DNA of 15,258 nt from Verrucomicrobiota bacterium (GTDB lineage: Bacteria > Verrucomicrobiota > Verrucomicrobiia > Limisphaerales > UBA9464), in contig CANIZL010000126.1 in the NCBI GenBank assembly GCA_947471985.1, positions 1-15,258 on the forward strand, in the 5' to 3' direction. Within the stretch, counting starts at the first letter, position 1; each line of letters opens with the position of its first letter. The position numbers were made by a program, and so were the translations under genes. Shown in pieces: positions 8,020-14,714 of the stretch. The notes under the pieces were generated by a model. It saw nothing but the letters and a program-made list of their open reading frames with translations, was not told the origin of the DNA and did not search any database.

Positions 8020-8031
8020 CAACCGCGGTTG
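8020..8031. promoter_or_regulatory. Perfect 12-bp palindrome CAACCGCGGTTG in the 98-nt divergent intergenic region between the hydrolase (minus) and S8 subtilase (plus) genes; a candidate operator for a dimeric regulator.
   Basis: Seen in sequence. It lies 34 nt upstream of the S8 ATG (8066) and about 53 nt from the hydrolase start (7967). At this GC content several 12-bp perfect palindromes are expected by chance in 15 kb (about 6 by my estimate), so only the position is suggestive. Confidence 0.2.
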
Positions 8032-8065
8032 ATTGCCGGGGCGGGATCGCTAGCGTTCGTACTGA

Positions 8066-10846
8066 ATGTATGGTCGAAAAAACCTCCCAGTGAGTGGGCG
8101 GTCTGCGTGGGAGGTCGGGCGTCGGTGGCGCGCCGGCGCGGTCCGGAGGGGGCGATGCACGGCGCGGGTCTTCGGGACGATTGGTCGATGTTTTTGCTTT
8201 TTGTTGTTGGCGGGGAGCCTCGCCCACTTCGGGGTTTCGGGCGCGGGATCCATGGTGCGCGACGGACGACAGACGCTGGCGTTGGAGCTGGTGGATTCCC
8301 CGGCGAAGACCCTGGCGACGACCGCTGCCGGGGCGGAATCGGAATGGCGTTTGGCGCGGCTGGGGCCGGGTGGTTCGCCGGTACGGATCGGGCGTAATCT
8401 CATTCTCACCTTGGCGTCCACGACCACGCTGGCGGAGGCGCTGGCTGATCAGCCGTTGACCGGAGTACGTCGACTGACGCCGGATACCTGGCTAGTGCGG
8501 GCGCCCTCGGCGCAGTTGGCGATCGACGCTGCGTCCCAGCTTTCGCGGCGTCCCGGAGTGATCAGTGCGTACCCCAGTTACCGTCGTTTGCGCGCCCGTT
8601 TGGCCGGTTGGGCCGCCGCCCCGGACGATCCGTATTTTAATCGGCAGTTCTATCTCGACACCCCGGCGACGGCCACCGGCCCGGCGCCGGGCGGGATGGA
8701 CCTGGCGATTCGTTCAGCCTGGGCGACCACCCGTGGGGAAGGGGTGATTGTGGCCATTTGCGACGACGGCCTGGACGGCCGGCACCCGGATTTGGCGCCG
8801 AATCTCGTGGCGGATTTGAACCTGAATTTCTTCACCCGCGCCGCCAGTTCCGCGCATTCCTCGACGCGTCAGTATCATGGTACCTGTGTGGCGGGAATGG
8901 TGGCGGCCCGCGACGCCAACGGCATCGGCATTGCCGGCACGGCGCCCCGGGCCGGGGTGTGCGGCTGGCTGCTGTTCGATCGCTTCGACAGCCTCCTCGA
9001 AATTGAAGTGCTCGCGGAATTGTTTCAGCACGCCAATGACCGTGTGGGGGTGCAGAATCATTCATGGGGCAACGCGGATTTTGAACCGCTCCTTATCAGT
9101 GATCTGGAAGCCAACGCGCTTTCCAATTCCGCGACTCTGGGACGACAAGGCCGGGGCGTGGTGCATGTCCGAGCGGCGGGTAATACCCGGGTGACCGACT
9201 ACCTCAGTCGGAGCGGGGTGGGCGAAGCCAATCTGGATGGGTTCGCCAATTCTCCGTGGGCCATCACGGTGGGCGCGGTGCGGACCGACGGCCGGGTGGC
9301 CAGTTACAGCACGCCGGGCGCGTGCCTATTGGTTTCCGCCCTCGGGGGAGAGCGGGCCGATGCCACGGGACCGTTCTCGCTCGATCCCGTGGGCAACGAG
9401 GGGTACAACACGATCTTTGGTTCGGGCGTGGAACTGGCCGATTACGTTTATCCCGGCCACAACGAGGTGGGAACATCCTTCACGTCGCCTCAGATTGCCG
9501 GGCTCGCGGCGCTGCTGATTTCGGCGCGGCCGGAGCTGTCGGCCAAGGACGTGGCGCTGATTCTGGCGTTGTCGGCCCGGCCCCTGGCGGCGGATCCAGT
9601 GACGCAGACCAATGGCGCGGGATTGTTGACGAGTGACAACGTCGGCTACGGCGTGCCGCACGCGGGCCGGGCGATCGATCTGGCGCAGCGCTGGCATCCA
9701 GGCACCAACGCCTGGACGGAGATTCACCAGCTTCAGACCAACCGGCTGGATATACCGGACGACGGATTCCGGGTGCAGGCCTATTCCGGTGACGGGGTGT
9801 TGCAATTCGAAATCGGGGCCGGCGGCGGCAGCAGTTCGTTGCTCGACACCCGGCAGGGACGCGCGGTGCTGGATCGCTCCCTTCCGATGCTGGACGTGGG
9901 CAAGGCCAGTGTGGCGTTGACCAACGACCTGACCGGACAGATCGCCTTGATGGAACGACGGCCGGGAACGTTTGAGGAAAAGCTGAACTTCGCGGCGGCG
10001 GCGGGCGCCGTGGCGGGAATCATTTCGGACGATGTGTTTAATCCCACCCGCACGCTGATGCTGCGGAGTGAGTTCGCGCGCATTCCCGGAGCGTTCGTCA
10101 GTCAGTCGGACGGCGTGGCTCTGCGTACGCTTTTGGCCGCGGATCCAGCGGCGCGCTTTCGACTGATCCGGCGGCCGGCGCGGGTGGAATTCGCCATCAC
10201 GAATCCGGCGGCGGTGCATTGGGTGCAGGTGCGCGCGCGGTTTGATCATCCCCGGCAGGGGGATTTGCGGGTCACCCTCATTTCGCCGGCGGGAACCGTC
10301 AGTCTGTTGCAACGACCCAACACGGTGGACGCGCGGCAGGTCGCGACGTGGACGTACGGCTCGAAGCAATTTCTGCTGGAAGGGGCGGAGGGGACGTGGG
10401 CGGTGGAATTTCAGGATGAAGCCCCGCTGTCGACCGGGCAGGTCTCCGACGTGGAATTGATCCTTCACGGCGTGGCCCTGGGGAGTGATGCCGATCACGA
10501 CGGACTCGAGGACGCGTGGGAACAGCAGTATTTTGGGAACCTTACCTCGGGTGCCGCGGCGGACCCGGACGGCGACGGGTTGACCAACGCGGCGGAGCAG
10601 GCGTTGGGGACCGATCCAACGCACTGGGACGGGCTGGGCGTCGAACTGTCGGCGGAGAGTGGTGATCGATTCCGGATTCGCTGGCCGGCGTGGACAGGGC
10701 GGACGTATCGCCTGGAAACGGTGAGTGCTTTGGGCGGGCCGTTTACCGCGCTCGGCACCTTGGCGGGACGGACCCCGGAAGGGGCTTGGCTGCTGCCGCA
10801 CGGAGTGGGGCCGCAGTTCTTCCGAATTCTCCCGGTGAGCCCGTGA
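8066..10846 (+). CDS. Kexin/furin-like subtilase (peptidase S8) precursor, 926 aa. It has a signal peptide, an I9-like pro-domain, a catalytic domain with a PA-domain insert, a proprotein-convertase P-domain, two DxDxDG calcium-loop repeats and a C-terminal beta domain of about 70 aa.
   Basis: Track ORF 8066..10846 with ATG. The R-rich n-region plus CFCFLLLAGSLAHF h-region is signal-peptide-like. The catalytic triad contexts are VAICDDGLDGRHPDL (Asp), HGTCVAGMVAA (His) and GTSFTSPQIAGLAALL (Ser). The PA-like insert is 'GQIALMERRPGTFEEKLNFAAAAGAVAGIISDD'. The P-domain-like segment is 'HWVQVRARFDHPRQGDLRVTLISPAGTVSLL'. DADHDGLEDAWEQQ and DPDGDGLTNAAEQA are dockerin/TSP3-like loops. The antisense ORF 9326..10801 is a shadow. 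Confidence 0.85.
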   Translation: MYGRKNLPVSGRSAWEVGRRWRAGAVRRGRCTARVFGTIGRCFCFLLLAGSLAHFGVSGAGSMVRDGRQTLALELVDSPAKTLATTAAGAESEWRLARLGPGGSPVRIGRNLILTLASTTTLAEALADQPLTGVRRLTPDTWLVRAPSAQLAIDAASQLSRRPGVISAYPSYRRLRARLAGWAAAPDDPYFNRQFYLDTPATATGPAPGGMDLAIRSAWATTRGEGVIVAICDDGLDGRHPDLAPNLVADLNLNFFTRAASSAHSSTRQYHGTCVAGMVAARDANGIGIAGTAPRAGVCGWLLFDRFDSLLEIEVLAELFQHANDRVGVQNHSWGNADFEPLLISDLEANALSNSATLGRQGRGVVHVRAAGNTRVTDYLSRSGVGEANLDGFANSPWAITVGAVRTDGRVASYSTPGACLLVSALGGERADATGPFSLDPVGNEGYNTIFGSGVELADYVYPGHNEVGTSFTSPQIAGLAALLISARPELSAKDVALILALSARPLAADPVTQTNGAGLLTSDNVGYGVPHAGRAIDLAQRWHPGTNAWTEIHQLQTNRLDIPDDGFRVQAYSGDGVLQFEIGAGGGSSSLLDTRQGRAVLDRSLPMLDVGKASVALTNDLTGQIALMERRPGTFEEKLNFAAAAGAVAGIISDDVFNPTRTLMLRSEFARIPGAFVSQSDGVALRTLLAADPAARFRLIRRPARVEFAITNPAAVHWVQVRARFDHPRQGDLRVTLISPAGTVSLLQRPNTVDARQVATWTYGSKQFLLEGAEGTWAVEFQDEAPLSTGQVSDVELILHGVALGSDADHDGLEDAWEQQYFGNLTSGAAADPDGDGLTNAAEQALGTDPTHWDGLGVELSAESGDRFRIRWPAWTGRTYRLETVSALGGPFTALGTLAGRTPEGAWLLPHGVGPQFFRILPVSP

Positions 10847-10867
10847 GTTCGCTGACGCGGGGCGGGC

Positions 10868-12040
10868 TCAGGGCAGTCCGGCGTCGGACAGAACGCCGGC
10901 GAGTTCTCCGGCGGTCAGGACAATGGGATTCGCGCGCATGCTGCTCGCGGCCATCGCCTTTTCGATCATGACCGGGAGTTCCGCTGGATTCAGGCCGAGT
11001 GCGGTCAGATCGCGAATGCCCAAGTCCGCCGCCAGATTCCGGACCCACGCCACGCCGGCCTCGGCGTCCGCGTGGGGATCACCGGTCAGCACCCGGGCAA
11101 TGTTCTGATAACGCGGCAAGGCGGCACTCTCGGGCGCGCGTTCGCGGAGTGCCTGGAGATTGGCGGCCATGACCGGGGCCAACAGGGCCGCACACAAGGC
11201 GCCGTGGGGAGCGGATGATTGCAATCCGCCCAGCGGTCCGGCCAGACCATGGACCGCACCGAGTCCAGCATTGGCCAGGGCGAGTCCGCCGCAGAGGGAG
11301 GCGAAGGCGAGGTCTTCGCGGGCGGCTGCATCGGTGCCATCGCGAACCGCGCGTCGCAGGGAACGGGCGGCGCGGGACAAGCCGTCCCAGGCCACGGCGT
11401 CCGACAACGGATTGGCCCGGGGACAGACCAGCGGTTCCAGGCATTGGGTCAAGGCATCCAGACCGGTGGCGGCCGTCAATTCCGGCGGCACGGAGTGCGT
11501 CAGAAGCGGATCGATTATCGCGATTCGCGGGAGCATCAGCGGATGGCGCAGACTGACCTTGGCCCGGTGGGACGGAACGTTGAGTACTGCGTTGCGGGTC
11601 ACTTCCGAGCCCGTGCCGGCGGTGGTGGGGAGGGCGATCACGGGCAGCGGAGCGCACGCCAAGGGTTCGCCGCGGCCCACGACTTCGAGGTAGTTGAGCG
11701 GATCGCCCGGATTGGTCGCGAGTGCGGCCGCAGCTTTCGCGGCATCCAGCACACCGCCGCCGCCCAAGGCCACGACGCATTCGACGCGGCCCTCGCGGAG
11801 TTGCCGGGCCAGCTCGACGACCAACGCCACATCGGGTTCGGCGTGGGGCAGGGTGGCGCACACGGGCAGGACGTCGACCCCGGCGGCTTCGAGGGCGGCG
11901 CGGATGCCGGGATGGCGGTTCGGATGGAGGCCGGTCAACAGGGCGGCCCGCGTTCCCCATTCGCGGGTGAGACGACCGACGTCCGCGGCGCGTCCGGGGC
12001 CGAAGACAATCCGTCCGGCCGTGGCAAATTCGAACGTCAC
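10868..12040 (-). CDS. Iron-containing (group III) alcohol dehydrogenase family oxidoreductase of about 390 aa.
   Basis: Track ORF 10868..12211. I chose the GTG at 12040 (VTFEFATAGRIVFGPG..., a typical Fe-ADH N-terminus) because it forms a GTGA overlap with the TGA stop of the upstream M28 gene (12037-12039). The upstream 57 codons are R/G-rich low-complexity sequence. Fe-ADH motifs: GGGGVLDAAKAAA and LPTTAGTGSEVT. Confidence 0.8.
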   Translation of the reverse strand: MTFEFATAGRIVFGPGRAADVGRLTREWGTRAALLTGLHPNRHPGIRAALEAAGVDVLPVCATLPHAEPDVALVVELARQLREGRVECVVALGGGGVLDAAKAAAALATNPGDPLNYLEVVGRGEPLACAPLPVIALPTTAGTGSEVTRNAVLNVPSHRAKVSLRHPLMLPRIAIIDPLLTHSVPPELTAATGLDALTQCLEPLVCPRANPLSDAVAWDGLSRAARSLRRAVRDGTDAAAREDLAFASLCGGLALANAGLGAVHGLAGPLGGLQSSAPHGALCAALLAPVMAANLQALRERAPESAALPRYQNIARVLTGDPHADAEAGVAWVRNLAADLGIRDLTALGLNPAELPVMIEKAMAASSMRANPIVLTAGELAGVLSDAGLP

Positions 12041-13776
12041 GGGTTGGTCTTTTTTGCGGAACCCGCGGTGCGTGCCGCCTTCAAATTCTGTTCCCGAATG
12101 GCTTTGAATTCCGATCCCGTCCGCCAGCTCGGCCTGGCGCGCGTTGTGGCCACTTCGACGCCCACGGCGCGGAGCAACTCCAGGTCCTCCAACGCGCCGG
12201 ACAGGTCCCAATCCGGTTTTATCTCGTCGCTTACCTTGTGGTAGTCGTGGTCGATGAATTCCGTGACGCGGCTTTCGCCATACCCAGCGGGGTGATCGCG
12301 GTACTCGGTGCCGGCCTTGGCATACAGCGCAGGCAGGCCCTGCTTCATGAATTCGAAATGATCGCTGCGATAGAAGCCCCCGCGTTCCGGATGGGAGCCG
12401 GGCTTGGTCACCCGACCCTGACGTCGGGCCGCGCGGGTGAGGACGTCTTCCAGGGACGAGTTGCCGTACCCGACGATTTCCACATCACGGGTGCGGCCCC
12501 ACTGATTCACGCCATCCATGTTGATGTCGGCCACGGTGCGGGTGAGGGGATGGACCGGATGCGCGGCGTAATAGGCGCTGCCGAGCAACCCTTGCTCTTC
12601 GGCGGTGACGGCCAGGAACAGAACGCTGCGGGGCGGGCGCGGTTTGGTGCTCGCAAAAACGCGGGCCAGCTCCAGCAGCCCGGCGGTCCCGGACGCGTTG
12701 TCGAGGGCGCCGTTGAAGATCTGGTCGCCCTCCAGTTTGGGATCGCGACCGAGGTGATCCCAATGCGCCGTATAGATCAACCATTCATCCGCCCGCTGCC
12801 GCGAGGAGCCGGGCACCTGCGCAAGGACGTTTTTGGATTTCACCGAGCGCAGCGCGTTTTGCACACGGAAACGGGCTTTTTCCTTTAGGGGTAGCGGACG
12901 AAAATCCCGGCGCACGGCGGCGGCCTTGGCGGCCTCGTACGTGGTGCCGTTGTCGCGAAAGAGCTGCTGTGCCCGCTCCAGGCTGATCCAGGCAGCGACG
13001 TCGACCTTGGGGGAGCGATCGCCTTCCAGATCAAACCGTTCGCGGCCCCAGGAATTCACGACGACAAACCACGGATACGCGGCGGGTTTGGTTTCATGGA
13101 TGATGATGGCCGCGGCCGCGCCGCGTCGTCCGGCTTCCTCGAACTTGTAGGTCCAGCGGCCGTAGTAGGTCATCGCGTTGCCCTTGAACATGTGTTCGTC
13201 CAGGGCCTCGGGATTTTTGGGATCGGGCACCGGTGGATCGTTGACGAGGATGACCACGGTCTTTCCCCGGACATCGAGGCCCCGATAATCGTCCCACCCA
13301 TACTCCGGCGCGGTGACGCCGTAGCCGACGAAGACGACCTCGGAATCCGGCACGCTCACGGTTTCGGTGAGCCGGGGCGACCAGGCGACGAAATCCTGGG
13401 GGAAGGTCAGGGGACCGGATTTGCCGGGCGCCGCGAGGTCGGCGGTGACGGTGGACTTAACGCCGACGATCGGCACGTCCTGGGTCCAGGAACCGTTCAC
13501 GCCGCCGGGTTGCAGACCGGCCTTTTGAAATTGATCGATCAGGTACGCCACGGTCTTCTCTTCCCCGGGCGAACCGGGAGCGCGGCCTTCGAAGGCGTCG
13601 CTGGCGAGGACCTCGATGTGGCGACGGAGGCGGGGCTCCTCAATGCGGGGCGGCGCGTCGGCGGCCCGGCCGATGCTCGCACCGGAGAATACGGCGAGAG
13701 CACAACCGAGGACGGTCAGGGCGGAGGAACGGAGCCGCCACCCGAAGGCGGCGGTCGGAGGCCAATGCGGCGACAT
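12037..13776 (-). CDS. Secreted M28-family aminopeptidase with a PA domain, about 579 aa.
   Basis: Track ORF 12037..13812 begins with TTG. The first ATG is at 13776 (MSPHWPPTAAFGWRLRSSALTVLGCALAVFSGASIGRAADA, a signal peptide). M28 metal-ligand contexts: AHWDHLG, NGALDNASG, AVTAEEQGLLGS, INMDGVN and YRSDHFEF. Choosing the ATG at 13776 keeps the palindrome at 13817-13828 outside the ORF. Confidence 0.8.
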   Translation of the reverse strand: MSPHWPPTAAFGWRLRSSALTVLGCALAVFSGASIGRAADAPPRIEEPRLRRHIEVLASDAFEGRAPGSPGEEKTVAYLIDQFQKAGLQPGGVNGSWTQDVPIVGVKSTVTADLAAPGKSGPLTFPQDFVAWSPRLTETVSVPDSEVVFVGYGVTAPEYGWDDYRGLDVRGKTVVILVNDPPVPDPKNPEALDEHMFKGNAMTYYGRWTYKFEEAGRRGAAAAIIIHETKPAAYPWFVVVNSWGRERFDLEGDRSPKVDVAAWISLERAQQLFRDNGTTYEAAKAAAVRRDFRPLPLKEKARFRVQNALRSVKSKNVLAQVPGSSRQRADEWLIYTAHWDHLGRDPKLEGDQIFNGALDNASGTAGLLELARVFASTKPRPPRSVLFLAVTAEEQGLLGSAYYAAHPVHPLTRTVADINMDGVNQWGRTRDVEIVGYGNSSLEDVLTRAARRQGRVTKPGSHPERGGFYRSDHFEFMKQGLPALYAKAGTEYRDHPAGYGESRVTEFIDHDYHKVSDEIKPDWDLSGALEDLELLRAVGVEVATTRARPSWRTGSEFKAIREQNLKAARTAGSAKKTNP

Positions 13777-13816
13777 GTCTGCACGATAGGAGGCGGAGCC
13801 GCGCGGCCTCAACTGG

Positions 13817-13828
13817 GGAATCGATTCC
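13817..13828. promoter_or_regulatory. Perfect 12-bp palindrome GGAATCGATTCC between the GDSL stop (13866) and the M28 start; a candidate operator or internal regulatory site.
   Basis: Seen in sequence, about 41 nt upstream of the ATG at 13776. The same chance-expectation caveat applies as for the palindrome at 8020. Confidence 0.2.
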
Positions 13829-13865
13829 GGTGCGGGGCGTGCGGCACTGGGGACGCCGCCGGCCT

Positions 13866-14531
13866 TTACTGGGCGCCGGACGACTGTTTTCGCAAGACCG
13901 GTTCCAAAACCGTCCAGACATTGCTGGCGACGAGGGCGTGGCCGGCCGCGGTGGGGTGGATCTGGTCTCCCTGATTGAGTTCAGGAATCCCGGCCACGCT
14001 GGCCAGCAGGGACGGGATGAGGGTGGCCTCCTGCTTGCGGGCGACCTCGGGGAAAACCGCGGCAAAATCGCGGGCGAATTCCAGGCCCATGTTCAAGGGC
14101 ATTTGCATGCCCGCCACCACCACGGCGACGTGCGGATTCCGGGCCCGGGTGCGGGTGATGATGCTGGTGAGGTTGGAGCGGGTGGTCGCCGGCGGCAGAC
14201 CGCGGAGACCGTCATTGCCGCCCAGCTCCAGGACCAACACATCGACCGGCCGCTTCAATTGCCAGTCCAGCCGACGCAGGCCGCCCGCGGTGGTGTCGCC
14301 GCTCACGCTGGCATTGACGACGGTGTAGGGCAGTTGGGCTTGTGTGATGCGTTCCTGGACCCGAGCGGGCCAGGCTTCCTCGGGCCCGACGCCGTATCCG
14401 GCCCCGAGGGAATCGCCGAGAACGAGCAAGGTGCGAGTGGCTGTGCCCGCGCCGGCGGCAAGCTCCGCGGCGACGAGCGATGCGCCCAGCCCCAGCCCCA
14501 ATCCGAATCCCAGCAGCCGCAATTTTCCCAT
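13866..14531 (-). CDS. tesA: SGNH/GDSL hydrolase, TesA-like arylesterase / acyl-CoA thioesterase I / lysophospholipase L1 family; secreted; 221 aa.
   Basis: Track ORF 13866..14531 with ATG. N-terminal signal peptide: MGKLRLLGFGLGLGLGASLVAAELAAG. All four SGNH blocks align closely to E. coli TesA: LLVLGDSLGAGYG (block I, GDSL), VVNASVSGDTTAGG (II), LVLELGGNDGLRG (III) and DQIHPTAAGH (V, DxxH). The symbol is given at family level only. Confidence 0.85.
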   Translation of the reverse strand: MGKLRLLGFGLGLGLGASLVAAELAAGAGTATRTLLVLGDSLGAGYGVGPEEAWPARVQERITQAQLPYTVVNASVSGDTTAGGLRRLDWQLKRPVDVLVLELGGNDGLRGLPPATTRSNLTSIITRTRARNPHVAVVVAGMQMPLNMGLEFARDFAAVFPEVARKQEATLIPSLLASVAGIPELNQGDQIHPTAAGHALVASNVWTVLEPVLRKQSSGAQ

Positions 14532-14683
14532 ACCTCCAGCATGCGGTGTTCGGCGATTCCGTCAATCAGGGGAGGGGGGTGGCTTCCTCTCCGACCGCCA
14601 AATCTTCTCGGCAACGAGGAGATCCAATCATTGTTCGTCCACCGTATCTCGCCCCCCCATCCCAACGGGATTCCATCAACCAG

Positions 14684-14714
14684 CCCGGGGTTACCCGTCA
14701 CGGGTTACCCCGGG
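14684..14714. repeat. 31-nt near-perfect palindrome CCCGGGGTTACCCGT-C-ACGGGTTACCCCGGG (14 of 15 arm pairs) inside a gene-free region of about 590 nt; function unknown.
   Basis: Seen in sequence; I checked pair by pair and found a single T/T mismatch at arm position 9. Each arm contains GGTTACC. As RNA it would form a 13-bp stem with a GUCAC loop. No U-tract follows on either strand. It lies about 150-180 nt upstream of the tesA-like start on the minus strand. Confidence 0.45.
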
